Assembly (NCBI GenBank): GCA_031424145.1
Contig: JANPGV010000177.1
Coordinates: 1 to 60,775, forward strand
Direction: 5' to 3'
Source: Ilumatobacteraceae bacterium
GTDB lineage: Bacteria > Actinomycetota > Acidimicrobiia > Acidimicrobiales > Ilumatobacteraceae
DNA length: 60,775 nt
Below, piece after piece: positions 42,707-52,927 of the stretch. How positions within the stretch are numbered: position 1 is the first letter of the stretch; each line of letters begins with the position of its first letter. The notes beneath the pieces were generated by a model, which saw only the letters and a program-made list of their open reading frames with translations, had not been told where the DNA came from and made no database searches. Made by a program: the position numbers and the translations under genes.

Positions 42707-43195
42707 TCAGCCGGTGATGACTGCTTGCAACTCGGCGGTTAGTGCTTCGGCTTCCTCGGGTCTGCCGTCGAACCGGGCAGGTGTGTTCTGGAAGTGAACG
42801 ATGCGCCATTCGCCGCCTCGCCGGGCAGCGACCATTACCTGCCTCGCGTTGAGCTCTTGTTCGAGTTTGCCCTGACCGACCGGCAGCATTCCGGCGACAC
42901 TTGTCAGCACCGCGCCGTCTGGGCCGAGGGCTCGGATCTCGCGGACCTTGGCGACGTACGTGGGCGGCTGGTGATCGTCGAAGATCTCGGCGAGGTGGTC
43001 CTTGATGAGGGCGGCGGAGTGCACCGATGTTCCATCGAAGCCAACCAGACTCCCATCGTCCCTGAACAGCAAGGCGACGCCGGAGGAGTCGCGGTTGTTC
43101 CAGCAGTCCAGCAGGCTGACGTAAAGCGTCTCGACCCCACACTCGTTCATGGCGGCATTGCTACCCGCAGCCGCGTCGAACCAAACGCGGATCAT
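42707..43195 (-). CDS. NTF2-like (SnoaL/SgcJ/DUF4440-type) protein
   Basis: 162 aa. The pattern LL..W...D......LF..D......G.......I is typical of SgcJ/EcaC-type NTF2 folds. ATGA overlap with the TetR stop. Confidence 0.7.
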   Translation of the reverse strand: MIRVWFDAAAGSNAAMNECGVETLYVSLLDCWNNRDSSGVALLFRDDGSLVGFDGTSVHSAALIKDHLAEIFDDHQPPTYVAKVREIRALGPDGAVLTSVAGMLPVGQGKLEQELNARQVMVAARRGGEWRIVHFQNTPARFDGRPEEAEALTAELQAVITG

Positions 43196-43752
43196 TCGAC
43201 AAGGCGTAGCGCCAGCAGCGCTTGCGCATTGGCCACCTCGTCCGGCGACAGCTGGCCGCTGGAGCTGAACCAGTACGCGGGCTGGTTCGAGATGGCGAGG
43301 ACCGCGAACGTTGCCATCTTCACGTCGCCCGGATGGAAGGCACCGGACTCAGCCCCCTCTGTCACGATCGAGCGAATGATCCCCTCGTATTCGTCACGCA
43401 TCGACAACGCCTGCACGGCGTTGTCGCCAGTCAACGAGCGCAGTTCGACGTCAGCGATGATCGCCAGTTGAGGCGCTTCGAGGGTGATCATCACGAATCG
43501 GCTGACCGCTTCGAGCAACTGCCGTCTCGGGTCACCTGCGAACTCCTCTTGCACCCGCTTTCCGCTGGCGATGAGGGGGGCCAGCGCGTCTGCCATCAGT
43601 TCGGCCAGCAAATCTTGCTTGCTGGGGTAGTAGTGGTACAGCGTCCCCAACGTGATCTCGCTCGCCTTGGCGATCTGTCGCAGGGTGGTGGCGTGGTAGC
43701 CCTGGCGGGCGAACACGTCGGTGGCGACCTGCCGGATCGTTGTCACGTTCAC
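43192..43752 (-). CDS. TetR-family transcriptional regulator
   Basis: 186 aa. The HTH is FARQGYHATTLRQIAKASEITLGTLYHYYPSKQDLL. GTGA overlap with the ligase stop. Confidence 0.9.
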   Translation of the reverse strand: MNVTTIRQVATDVFARQGYHATTLRQIAKASEITLGTLYHYYPSKQDLLAELMADALAPLIASGKRVQEEFAGDPRRQLLEAVSRFVMITLEAPQLAIIADVELRSLTGDNAVQALSMRDEYEGIIRSIVTEGAESGAFHPGDVKMATFAVLAISNQPAYWFSSSGQLSPDEVANAQALLALRLVE

Positions 43753-45242
43753 CGCCGTTCACCCCCCGGCGGACGTGCCCGCAAGATGAGCTCACGTACC
43801 TCGGATGCGATCACCTTGCCGTTGTCATTGCGCGGTAACTGGTCGACCCGCACGATGTGCGACGGACGCTTGAAGTCGGCCAGCGATCCATCGAGGAACC
43901 CATCGAGGTCGCGATCGAGGTCGACAGAAGCTGTTGACCCACTCGTCACCACGGCTGCTGCGACGATGCTGCCGAACTCGTCGTCCGGCAATCCGACGAC
44001 CGCCGCCTCGACGATCGAGGGATGCTTGCGCAACGCCTCTTCCACCTCCAGCGGCACCACCTTCTCGCCACCACGGTTGATCACCTCGTCGACCCTTCCG
44101 TAGACGTGCACCATCCCGTCGTCCGAGCGCGAGGCCAGGTCCCCGGTACGCAACCAGCCGTCTGCGAACTTCGCCTCCGTCGCCTTCGGGTCGCGGTGAT
44201 AACCGACCATGGTCGTTGGCGAGCAGATCAAGAGCTCCCCCGATGCCGAGATCCGATCGATGGTGCCGGCGACAACGACACCCACCGCGGTGGTGGAGCT
44301 CTCGCCACGGAGGAAGTTGATGTGAGTGATGCTGGTGGCCTCTGACAATCCGTAGCAGTTGGCCAGACGCGCCTGCGGGAACTGCAGACGCAGCCGGGCG
44401 ATCAGTTGCGAAGGCATGGGTGCTCCGCCGAAAGCGAGGCACGGCGCGCGTTCGCAAGGCGGATCATCCACGAGATGGTCGAGGATCCGGTGGTACATCG
44501 TGGGCACACCGATGAAGAACGAGCATTCACCGTTCTGCAAAGCATCGGCGATTGCGCTCGCCTGAAATCGTCGATGCGGTTCGACGCTGCCGCCCGCAAC
44601 AAGCGCGTGGCCCAGTTGGTCGATGAAGCCCGTGTTGTGGCACAACGGCACAGCGATGATCGTGTGCATCGCCGGCGTGGAGTGGAACAGCGAGGCGTAC
44701 GTCTCCGACGAGCGGGTCATCGCAGCGTTGCTCAGCACAACACCCTTCGGCCGGCTGGTCGTGCCGGACGTATAGGTCAGGCACGCCGGCGCTCCACCGT
44801 CGGTAGGAGCTCTGCCATGTTCCACGGCTGGCAGATGTGCATCCGAAATGAGGACCGAACGTTGGGCCCAATGATGACCGACCGCCGGAACGAGGGCCGT
44901 GTCGACGGCAACGAGCGCGGGATCGGCGTCGTCGAGCAGCACGTCCAGTTCGTCGGTGGACAACCGTGTCGCAAGAGGAACGGCCACGAGTCCTGACGCC
45001 ATTGCGGCCAGAAAGGCAACGATCCACGCCGAACTGTTCTCTGCAAGGACCGCGATCCGTTGCCCTTTGGCGGCGCCTAGTCGGTCGAGCTCGGCCGACA
45101 GAGCCCGTACCCGGTCGGCCATTTCGAGATAGGTGAGGCGGACGCCGGAACTGTCGGAGGTGAACAGCCGGTCGGGGCTGGTCGCCTCCCAGTGCCACAG
45201 GTAGTCGACCAGTGACTGAGGTGCGGCGGCTTCGCGTGTCAC
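43749..45242 (-). CDS. AMP-dependent acyl-CoA synthetase/ligase (ANL superfamily)
   Basis: Trimmed to the GTG at 45240-45242 (VTREAAAP; GTGA overlap). Motifs LTYTSGTTSRPKGV, GYGLSE-like YGLSEAT, and TGDL...DGMVHVYGRVDEVINRGGEKV. Confidence 0.85.
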   Translation of the reverse strand: MTREAAAPQSLVDYLWHWEATSPDRLFTSDSSGVRLTYLEMADRVRALSAELDRLGAAKGQRIAVLAENSSAWIVAFLAAMASGLVAVPLATRLSTDELDVLLDDADPALVAVDTALVPAVGHHWAQRSVLISDAHLPAVEHGRAPTDGGAPACLTYTSGTTSRPKGVVLSNAAMTRSSETYASLFHSTPAMHTIIAVPLCHNTGFIDQLGHALVAGGSVEPHRRFQASAIADALQNGECSFFIGVPTMYHRILDHLVDDPPCERAPCLAFGGAPMPSQLIARLRLQFPQARLANCYGLSEATSITHINFLRGESSTTAVGVVVAGTIDRISASGELLICSPTTMVGYHRDPKATEAKFADGWLRTGDLASRSDDGMVHVYGRVDEVINRGGEKVVPLEVEEALRKHPSIVEAAVVGLPDDEFGSIVAAAVVTSGSTASVDLDRDLDGFLDGSLADFKRPSHIVRVDQLPRNDNGKVIASEVRELILRARPPGGERR

Positions 45243-45823
45243 GCCAACCGGCTCTTCGCGAACGAGTCGGGAAGCTCGTGCTCGACCCACGAGTAGCCGA
45301 CCTCTACAGCGGCCAGGTTGCGGCTGATCCGGTCGGCGCGATGGGCAGGCACCACCTCGGTCATTCCGCGAGCGAGCGCTTCGCGCGATGCCAGCCCGGT
45401 GAGCCGAGCCACGACGCCGGCGATCACCATGTTCCCGGCGCGCGCGTCGCCCGCTTCCGCCGCCATCTGGGCGACAGGCACACCGAGATGATCGATATCA
45501 CTACGACCGAGCCACGACTCGTCGATGTTGGCGATGTCGTAGGCGAGCAGAGCGCCTGGGACGAGCAACGGGTAGTAGCGGTCGAACCAGTCGTTGTGCA
45601 TCGCGCACATCAAGGAGTAGTCGCTGCGGAGCGGCACGCCGGGGTCTTCACGCGACGCCGCCAGCGAGCAGGCAATCTCTCCTCCGCGTATCAACGCCCC
45701 GTAGACGCTGTACTGGATCGGGTTGTATCCGTCGGCCGAGGCCGACCACGCCAGCAGCTCAGAGCTGAGTTTCACGCCCTGGCCGCCGCGGCCGGTCAAC
45801 ACGATCGACAACACTTCGCTCAT
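45239..45823 (-). CDS. 2-oxoacid:ferredoxin oxidoreductase, gamma subunit
   Basis: Trimmed to the ATG at 45821-45823 (MSEVLSIVLTGRGGQGV). The GRGGQG motif is typical of OFOR gamma. ATGA overlap. Confidence 0.8.
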   Translation of the reverse strand: MSEVLSIVLTGRGGQGVKLSSELLAWSASADGYNPIQYSVYGALIRGGEIACSLAASREDPGVPLRSDYSLMCAMHNDWFDRYYPLLVPGALLAYDIANIDESWLGRSDIDHLGVPVAQMAAEAGDARAGNMVIAGVVARLTGLASREALARGMTEVVPAHRADRISRNLAAVEVGYSWVEHELPDSFAKSRLA

Positions 45824-46566
45824 CCGTCGGTGCCTCGCGTGCGATCGGCCAGCACGCCTGTCGGATAGACGCTGCGAACTGACTGAGTGATGTACTCCCA
45901 CGACTGAACAGTGTCCATTCGCCAGTGCGTCGGGCATGGGCTGAGGACTTCGACGATCGACAATCCGAGACCCGAGCGCTGAACGTCAAATGCTTTGGCG
46001 ATCGCTCGGCGAACGCGGCGTATGCCCAGCGCTGAATCGATCGCCACGCGTTCGGCGTACGCCACACCGCTGAGGCTTGACAGCATCTCCAGGAATGGCA
46101 ACGGCGGGCCGTGTTGCGGCGCCCGGCCTTCCGGTGTCGTACTGGTCGCCTTGCCCGCCAGGGTGGTGGCAGCGAGTTGCCCACCCGTGTCGGCCAACAC
46201 TCCGTTGTTCAGCACGATGATCGTGATCTGCTCGCCGCGCACGGCTGTGTGCAACGACTCGGCAGCACCCAGGCCCATGAAGCCGCCGTCACCCTGAATC
46301 GCGCAGACCAGACGGTCCGGTTGCATCCGTTTGTATCCGCTGGCCAGCGCACTGGTGCGACCGTGCGGGCCCATCAGCACGTCGCCGGGCATGTGCGCGG
46401 TCATGAAGTCGACGCAGCCGATGTCGACCATGAAGACAGGTTGCTGCTGCAGGCCGCTGACCACGTCGGTCAGCGCGAGGAGCACGGATCCGTAACCGCA
46501 GCCCGGACAGAAATCGAATCCATGTGGCGCCAATGCCTCGGCGCTCGGCTCGGCGACCACCTTCAT
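45820..46566 (-). CDS. 2-oxoacid:ferredoxin oxidoreductase, beta (TPP-binding) subunit
   Basis: CPGCGYG near the N-terminus and the GDGG...NN TPP-binding motif (IQGDGGFMGLG...IIVLNNG). Confidence 0.85.
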   Translation of the reverse strand: MKVVAEPSAEALAPHGFDFCPGCGYGSVLLALTDVVSGLQQQPVFMVDIGCVDFMTAHMPGDVLMGPHGRTSALASGYKRMQPDRLVCAIQGDGGFMGLGAAESLHTAVRGEQITIIVLNNGVLADTGGQLAATTLAGKATSTTPEGRAPQHGPPLPFLEMLSSLSGVAYAERVAIDSALGIRRVRRAIAKAFDVQRSGLGLSIVEVLSPCPTHWRMDTVQSWEYITQSVRSVYPTGVLADRTRGTDG

Positions 46567-47666
46567 CGCACAGCTCCTGACTCGAGTTCGCCGAGACGCT
46601 CGGCGACTCTCGTGGCAAATTCGTCGGTCGACGGCGCTCGCCCGCCCAGCCAGTTGACGAAGTGGTCGGGCTTTCGTCCGATCGCCTCGGAGACGTCGTG
46701 GATCATCTGTCCCATGCTCAGCTCGGCGACAACGACGGTGGCCGCATCCGCTGCGGCGGCACGCACATCATCGGCGGGGAAAGGCCACAGTGTGATCGGA
46801 CGAAGCACACCAACGCGAAGACCGCCCTCGCCCAGGTGCGGCCCAATTTGGCGCAGTTGTGGCATCGCGTATTCGGCGATCCGCGCCAACGATCCGTACG
46901 CCACGATCAGCACGTCGATGGCTCCATCGTCGCCGCAGCGCTCGGCTCTCGGCTCATCGCGTTCGATCGAGGCGAACTTCTGCTCCCACCTTCGGCCCAC
47001 GCGTTCCAGAGCGGCGAAGTCGCCGGCCGTCTCGTCGACGGCAACCAGTTCGGGCAGGACCAACCCATTGCCCTGGCCGAACTCGACCGTCCGCGGCGGC
47101 CGCTCACATGGCGGCGGCACCACATACTGCTCACTGGCAATCGCCAGCAACTGATCGCCGAGCACCAGCACGAACAGACCGTACTGATCGGCCAGATCGA
47201 AGGCCTCCATGGTCAGGTCGACCAGCTCTTGCACGTTCTTCGGGGCGAGCACGATCATCTTGAAATCGCCGTGGCCGCATGCGCGTGTTGCCTGGTCGTA
47301 CCCGTCCTGCCCGGGCCCGAGGCTGCCGTCGCCCGGGCCCCATCGTTGCTGGACGACGACGACACCCGGCAACTCGGTCATTCCGGAGAAGAACGACAAT
47401 GCCTCGGACATCAGGCTCAGTCCCAGGGGGGCCGTGGCAGTCATCGCCCTGAAGCCGGCCAGGCTGGCACCCGCGACCATGTGGATCGCGGCGATCTCAC
47501 CTTCGGTCGGCACCATCACGCGATTGTTCGCCGGAAACTTCTCGGCGGCCGCCTCGAGGATCTCGGTAGCGGGCGTGACGGGATAGCCGGCGAAGAAGTG
47601 GCAGCCGGCTGCCAGAGCAGCGTCGATGACGGCCTCGTTGCCGCTGGCGAAACGTTTGGTGGTCAC
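46563..47666 (-). CDS. 2-oxoacid:ferredoxin oxidoreductase, alpha subunit
   Basis: Trimmed to the GTG at 47664-47666 (VTTKRFASGNEAV; GTGA overlap). GNEAVIDAALAAGCHFFAGYPVTPATEI is the conserved N-terminus of OFOR alpha. Confidence 0.85.
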   Translation of the reverse strand: MTTKRFASGNEAVIDAALAAGCHFFAGYPVTPATEILEAAAEKFPANNRVMVPTEGEIAAIHMVAGASLAGFRAMTATAPLGLSLMSEALSFFSGMTELPGVVVVQQRWGPGDGSLGPGQDGYDQATRACGHGDFKMIVLAPKNVQELVDLTMEAFDLADQYGLFVLVLGDQLLAIASEQYVVPPPCERPPRTVEFGQGNGLVLPELVAVDETAGDFAALERVGRRWEQKFASIERDEPRAERCGDDGAIDVLIVAYGSLARIAEYAMPQLRQIGPHLGEGGLRVGVLRPITLWPFPADDVRAAAADAATVVVAELSMGQMIHDVSEAIGRKPDHFVNWLGGRAPSTDEFATRVAERLGELESGAVR

Positions 47667-47905
47667 ACGTCTGCTTCGATCTTGCGGGACTCTTCGCGGT
47701 AGACGGTGAAGACTCCGTCCGGGCAGACGTCCGCGCAGAGCGTGCACCCGGTACATCCCTCGGCGACCAATGCGACCACAGGCCACCCCTTGCTGTTCAA
47801 CCTGTCGGTCATGGCCAGAACGTGTTCGGGACAGACGACGACACACAGGTCGCATCCCTTGCACAGGTGTTCGGCGATGGCGACGGTTCCAACGGTTTTC
47901 GGCAT
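47663..47905 (-). CDS. 2x[4Fe-4S] ferredoxin-type delta subunit of the OFOR
   Basis: 80 aa with CKGCDLCVVVCP and CTGCTLCADVCP. Confidence 0.85.
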   Translation of the reverse strand: MPKTVGTVAIAEHLCKGCDLCVVVCPEHVLAMTDRLNSKGWPVVALVAEGCTGCTLCADVCPDGVFTVYREESRKIEADV

Positions 47906-47925
47906 GGTTCAGTCCCTCTCGAAAG

Positions 47926-49098
47926 TCAGCAAAGAGATGTGCTCGAGTCGAGCAGAGCGCGACCGATGATGACCCGTTGTATCTCGCTCGTGCCTTCTTC
48001 GATGGTCTCCAAGCGGGCGTCGCGGAACCACTTCTCGATGGGGTGGTCTTCAACGTATCCGTACCCTCCCAACACCTGCAGGGCTTGGCTCGTCGTTGCA
48101 ACAGCGTTCTCCGAAGCGAACAACTTGGCCATCGAGGCTTTGGTCCCGAAAGGCTCGCCACGATCCGCAGCACCCGCCGCGTCCCACGTCAACAGCCGCG
48201 AGGCGTACAGGCGTGTGACAGCGTCGGCCAGCGGAAAGCTGACACCTTGGAATCGGGCGATGGATCGCCCGAAAGCCTGACGTTGGTTGGCATAGTCGCG
48301 TGCGTACTCCAGCGATGCGCGAGCAACACCGATCGAGCAGGCGGCGACTTCGATCCTGCTCAATTCGAACGTGCGAACCGCGCCGGCAAACCCTGTGCCG
48401 ACGTCACCGATCACGTCCTCGTCGGGAACGAACACATCATCGATGAAGACTTCGGCGTTGGTGGATGCACGCCAGCCCATCGTTCGGGCGCGCGGGCCGT
48501 AGCCGAGCCCGGGAGCGTCGCCACGGACGGCGAACATGGTCAGACCCAAGCGGTTTTCGCCCTCTACCGCGTCGGCAACGATCATCAGTGAATGCGCCAG
48601 ACCTGCGTTGGTGATGAAGATCTTCTGCCCGCTGAGCATGTAACCCCCATCGGCCTTGCGCGCCCTCGTGCGGATGCTCGAGACGTCGGATCCACCACTG
48701 GGTTCGGTGCACGCGAACGCTGCCGTGCGAGGACCATCGGTGCACAGCGGCGTGAGCCACCGTCGCTGCTGATCTTTCGTGCCGCATTCCATCAGCGCTG
48801 CGACGAACATGTTGGTGCCGCTGAAGTAGGAGTACACGCCTATGCATCCCCATGACAGTTCCTCGGCGACGATCGCCTGGGTCAGCGCTGACTCTGCACC
48901 CCCGCCGCCGTGTTCCACCGGGATGGAGAGCGTCAACAAGCCGACGTCGTAGGCCGATTGCAGAACGTCGAGCGGTTGTCGCCGCTCCTGATCGTTGCGA
49001 GACGCGGTTGGGCGGATCACGTCTGCGGCGAAGCCGTGAGCCCACCGCTGCACATCCCGGTCGTCGTCGCCGAGTTGACAATCACTGACGAGTTGCAC
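47926..49098 (-). CDS. Acyl-CoA dehydrogenase
   Basis: 390 aa, full three-domain ACAD. Motifs [11 protein letters not shown], the GxKxFITN-type [10 protein letters not shown], and a C-terminal YEGTSEIQ-like [12 protein letters not shown]. Confidence 0.9.
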   Translation of the reverse strand: MQLVSDCQLGDDDRDVQRWAHGFAADVIRPTASRNDQERRQPLDVLQSAYDVGLLTLSIPVEHGGGGAESALTQAIVAEELSWGCIGVYSYFSGTNMFVAALMECGTKDQQRRWLTPLCTDGPRTAAFACTEPSGGSDVSSIRTRARKADGGYMLSGQKIFITNAGLAHSLMIVADAVEGENRLGLTMFAVRGDAPGLGYGPRARTMGWRASTNAEVFIDDVFVPDEDVIGDVGTGFAGAVRTFELSRIEVAACSIGVARASLEYARDYANQRQAFGRSIARFQGVSFPLADAVTRLYASRLLTWDAAGAADRGEPFGTKASMAKLFASENAVATTSQALQVLGGYGYVEDHPIEKWFRDARLETIEEGTSEIQRVIIGRALLDSSTSLC

Positions 49099-49315
49099 CG
49101 GCGCACGACCCCTTTCGCTACTGGCTGTATTCAGTCAGACGGACGACCGACTGTCAATCCCTGTGCAGTCCCCACGCGGCGCACAACCCCAGGCAGACAA
49201 CTTCTTCGGGCACAACAAGACGGTTTGGACTGCGACGCCGTGTGGTACGCCCAAGACCTCGTCGGCCCAGCCGTTCATACCAGTCCCGCCATCACTCAAT
49301 CGAAGGATTCTCGTC

Positions 49316-51472
49316 ATGCCAACGAAGCCAACACCTCGCCAGGTCGCAAAGTCCCCCGCCAAGGCCGTCACGCGTCGTCCCCGCGCGGTCAAAGATGACG
49401 CGTATGACGTGGGGAGCGGGGGTGAGACCCATCAGCGACGTTCGTCCGGCGAGGCCGCGCTGACGACATCGCACGGCGTGCCCATCTCGGACGATCAGAA
49501 CTCCCTCAAGGTCGGCGAGCGCGGACCGACGTTGCTCAACGATCTCGTGTTGCGGGACAAGATCTTCCACTTCGACCACGAGCGCATTCCGGAGCGAGTG
49601 GTTCACGCCCGTGGCTACGGGGCCCACGGATTCTTCGAGACGTTCGAGGACCTGTCGGACCTGACGAGGGCTGACCTCTTCCAACGCCGAGGGCAACGCA
49701 CCCCCGTGTTCGTCCGCTTCTCCACCGTGGTCGGCAACAAGGGCTCCTTCGACCTTGCCCGCGACGTCCGCGGGTTCGCCGTGAAGTTCTATACGCAAGA
49801 AGGCAACTGGGACCTCGTCGGCAACAACATTCCGGTGTTCTTCGTACAGGACGCGATGAAGTTCCCCGACCTCGTTCACGCCGTGAAGCAGGAGCCGGAT
49901 CGCGAGTTTCCGCAGGCCGCCTCCGCTCATGACAACTTCTGGGACTTCGCCTCCCTCATGCCGGAAACGACTCACATGTTGATGTGGGTCATGTCGGACC
50001 GGGCGATCCCGCGCAGTTTCAGGTTCATGGAGGGGTTCGGCGTGCACAGCTTCCGGTTCGTGAACGCGGCCGGTCAATCGAACTTCGTGAAGTTCCACTG
50101 GAAGCCGAAGCTCGGCATGCAGTCGGTCGTGTGGAACGAAGCGGTCAAGATCAACGGGGCGGACCCCGACTTCCACCGGCGCGATCTGTGGAACGCCATC
50201 CAGAGCGGAGCCTTTCCCGAATGGGAACTGGGCATCCAGGTGTTTGACGACGCGTTTGCCGACCGGTTCGAGTTCGACGTTCTTGACGCAACCAAGCTCA
50301 TTCCGGAAGAGATACTTCCGATCCGCCGAGTCGGCCGTCTCGTGCTCGACCGCGTGGTCGAGAACTTCTTCGCCGAAACCGAGCAGGCGGCGTTCTGCAC
50401 CAACAACATCGTGCCGGGCATCGACTTCACCAATGACCCGCTTCTCCAGGGTCGCAACTTCTCGTACCTCGACACCCAGTTGAAGCGACTCGGCGGCCCC
50501 AACTTCACCCATCTTCCGATCAATGCACCGAAGTGCCCGTTCGCCAACTTCCAGCAGGACGGCCACATGGCCATGCACAACCCGATCGGGCGTGCCAACT
50601 ACGAGCCGAACTCGTGGCCCGCGGACCAACGCGGACCGCGTGAGGATCCTGTCAACGGGTTCCAGTCGTTCGCTGCCGCCGAGGCAGGGGAGAGTCGTCG
50701 GGTGCGCGCTGAGCTGTTCGGCGACCACTACAGCCAGGCACGCTTGTTCTTCCTCAGCCAGACCCCAACCGAGCAGACGCATATCGTCAACGCCTTCGTC
50801 TTCGAGCTATCGAAGGTGGAGCGTGCGGACATCCGAGCCCGAATGGTGGCGAATCTTCGCAACGTCGACGAAGGGTTCGCCACAGCCGTTGCCGACGGGC
50901 TCGGCCTGCCGGTGCTGCCCGAGGCCTCGATACCCGCGCGGTCGCCGATCACCGACCTGCCGACCTCTCCGGCGCTGAGCATCATCGGGAACTCGCCGAT
51001 GACGTTCAACGGTCGCAAGTTGGGGATCCTGGTCACCGACGGAACGGATGCCAGACTCCTTGCCGGTCTGACCGCCGCGGCCGAAGCGGAGGGCGCGGTC
51101 GTCGAGCTGATCGCACCGAAGATCGGCGGGATCGTCGCCAGCGACAAGGCGCAGTACCTGGTCCACCAGAAGATCGACGGCGGACCCTCAGTTCTGTACG
51201 ACGCTGTAGCAGTCATCCCGTCTGCGGCCGGGGCAGCGATGCTCGCATCCCACGGACCGGCCAAGGACTTCGTCAACGACGCCCATGTTCACTGCAAGTT
51301 CGTCGGCCACAACACGGCCGCACAAGCGCTGTTCCAGGCGGCCGGCTTGGGTGAGCTCATGGATGGCGGATACGTCGCGCTGGACGCAAAGAAGACGACC
51401 GCCACGAACTTCATCAAGACGTGCAGGCAGTTGCGCTTCTGGGACCGGGAGCCGACGGTCCACGCCGTGTGA
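49316..51472 (+). CDS. katE: Large-subunit monofunctional catalase (HPII/KatE type)
   Basis: Trimmed to the ATG at 49316 (MPTKPTP), with GAAGGA upstream. Motifs [20 protein letters not shown] and VRFSTV. A C-terminal ~150-aa class-I glutamine-amidotransferase/DJ-1-like domain ([11 protein letters not shown]) is typical of large catalases. Confidence 0.95.
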   Translation: MPTKPTPRQVAKSPAKAVTRRPRAVKDDAYDVGSGGETHQRRSSGEAALTTSHGVPISDDQNSLKVGERGPTLLNDLVLRDKIFHFDHERIPERVVHARGYGAHGFFETFEDLSDLTRADLFQRRGQRTPVFVRFSTVVGNKGSFDLARDVRGFAVKFYTQEGNWDLVGNNIPVFFVQDAMKFPDLVHAVKQEPDREFPQAASAHDNFWDFASLMPETTHMLMWVMSDRAIPRSFRFMEGFGVHSFRFVNAAGQSNFVKFHWKPKLGMQSVVWNEAVKINGADPDFHRRDLWNAIQSGAFPEWELGIQVFDDAFADRFEFDVLDATKLIPEEILPIRRVGRLVLDRVVENFFAETEQAAFCTNNIVPGIDFTNDPLLQGRNFSYLDTQLKRLGGPNFTHLPINAPKCPFANFQQDGHMAMHNPIGRANYEPNSWPADQRGPREDPVNGFQSFAAAEAGESRRVRAELFGDHYSQARLFFLSQTPTEQTHIVNAFVFELSKVERADIRARMVANLRNVDEGFATAVADGLGLPVLPEASIPARSPITDLPTSPALSIIGNSPMTFNGRKLGILVTDGTDARLLAGLTAAAEAEGAVVELIAPKIGGIVASDKAQYLVHQKIDGGPSVLYDAVAVIPSAAGAAMLASHGPAKDFVNDAHVHCKFVGHNTAAQALFQAAGLGELMDGGYVALDAKKTTATNFIKTCRQLRFWDREPTVHAV

Positions 51473-51477
51473 TGCCG

Positions 51478-51999
51478 TCAACCGAATGCTTCGGTCACGG
51501 CCATGTCGTGCAACTTGCGAAGGATCTCTAGTTGCTCGTTGGCTTCCACCGCCAGTCTCGTCAAGGCGGCGCGGTCCAGCCGTTTGTCGATGTCGGCCAG
51601 CAGCAGCAATGACTGCCAGAGCCGCAGCTTCGTCATCACCCCGCCCGACAACGCCTCGAGCTCGATGACCCTGCTCAACGGCGAGTAGTGAATGAGGCGT
51701 CCGTTGAGCTTGAGACGACCGAGCGTCGCACCGAGGACAGCTATTCCGCGACGGGCGTTGCTGGTTCGCACGTAGAACTGGCGACAGATGTGGCGTAGCG
51801 CATCGCGGTCGGAGCGAATGTCGGTGGTCAATCGCTGCAGTTCGGGTGCGTAGGCCGTGCCCCGATTGGCCTGCCAACACCGCCGGCTCAACTGCAGACC
51901 ACCAGCGGCGGCGGCCTCGTGATCGCGCAGATAGATGCGCACCAGGTCGGCCTGATCAGCGCCGGTTGTCGCGCGCGAGTGGGATATCACGCTTGTCAT
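51478..51999 (-). CDS. Hypothetical all-helical protein (173 aa)
   Basis: Trimmed to the ATG at 51997-51999 (MTSVISH), which overlaps the upstream stop (ATGA). No motif recognised. Confidence 0.5.
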   Translation of the reverse strand: MTSVISHSRATTGADQADLVRIYLRDHEAAAAGGLQLSRRCWQANRGTAYAPELQRLTTDIRSDRDALRHICRQFYVRTSNARRGIAVLGATLGRLKLNGRLIHYSPLSRVIELEALSGGVMTKLRLWQSLLLLADIDKRLDRAALTRLAVEANEQLEILRKLHDMAVTEAFG

Positions 52000-52856
52000 C
52001 GCGGGCGCACCTCCACCTTGGCGTCCGTGACGCGGACGTCGTACGACGGTGCGGGGACGGCTGCCGGGCCGTGCACGACGGATCCATCTCGAAGGCTGAA
52101 CACGCTCTGGTGCCACGGGCATCTGACACACGGTCCCGCCGTGCTCGACTCGAAGAACTCGCCCTCGTTGAGCGGTCCACCGGCATGCGAGCATCGGTTG
52201 CTGATCGCGTAGCGGTTACCACCCGATTTGTAAAGCAGCGTGGGAACGTCATCGAGATCGACGACCTGTGGCTCGCCCTCCACCAGCTCGGCGTCGGTGA
52301 TCGCTGTGATCCAGTCCTTCGACGGGTCCTCCATCATCGTCTTGTTGACGCCGACGCCGCGAACGAGTGTGAGGTGCCCACCCAGATACCCGCCGAGCGA
52401 CATCGTCCCCATGCCCATCAGACGGAGTGCGGTCGCCGAGAACCGGTTGCCTCGCCGCCTTGCGGAGATCGACTTGGCGTAGAAAGCAATGCCCACCACG
52501 TTTGCAACCGCGTGAACAACTCCGATCCGGCGTCCGGGCCCGTACGTGTCGGACCAGTCGGCGAATCCTGCCGCAGCGGTCGGCACAGCCGACAACACCC
52601 CGACAGTGGCCAGAAGATTGGCTGCCGGCCGGGCACGCCGGCCACCGACGAGATCGAGAAGCGTGGCGCTGGTGAACGATCCGATCGGGATGTCGGTGAG
52701 CATCGGATGCACTGGGTGACCGAGCCAGGTGCCGCTGAGCAGATCCTTGAGACGTCCGGCGGGAACCAGCTTCTTGACAGCGGCGCCCAAGGGCTCGGCA
52801 ACGCGGTCGAGACCTTCGATCCTCTCGATACGGATCGCGAGGTTGTGCAAGCTCAT
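51996..52856 (-). CDS. Fusion: DUF2231-like membrane domain plus C-terminal Rieske [2Fe-2S] domain
   Basis: Trimmed to the ATG at 52854-52856 (MSLHNLA), with GGAGG upstream. GHPVHPMLTDIPIG opens the DUF2231-type TM domain. The C-terminal Rieske motif is CSHAGGPL...CPWHQSVF. Confidence 0.75.
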   Translation of the reverse strand: MSLHNLAIRIERIEGLDRVAEPLGAAVKKLVPAGRLKDLLSGTWLGHPVHPMLTDIPIGSFTSATLLDLVGGRRARPAANLLATVGVLSAVPTAAAGFADWSDTYGPGRRIGVVHAVANVVGIAFYAKSISARRRGNRFSATALRLMGMGTMSLGGYLGGHLTLVRGVGVNKTMMEDPSKDWITAITDAELVEGEPQVVDLDDVPTLLYKSGGNRYAISNRCSHAGGPLNEGEFFESSTAGPCVRCPWHQSVFSLRDGSVVHGPAAVPAPSYDVRVTDAKVEVRPR

Positions 52857-52927
52857 AGGAACCTCCAGGGGTTCTCCGTACCCGACGACGCATCCATCTA
52901 AACACCCTGGCGGGCGCGACATGACCT

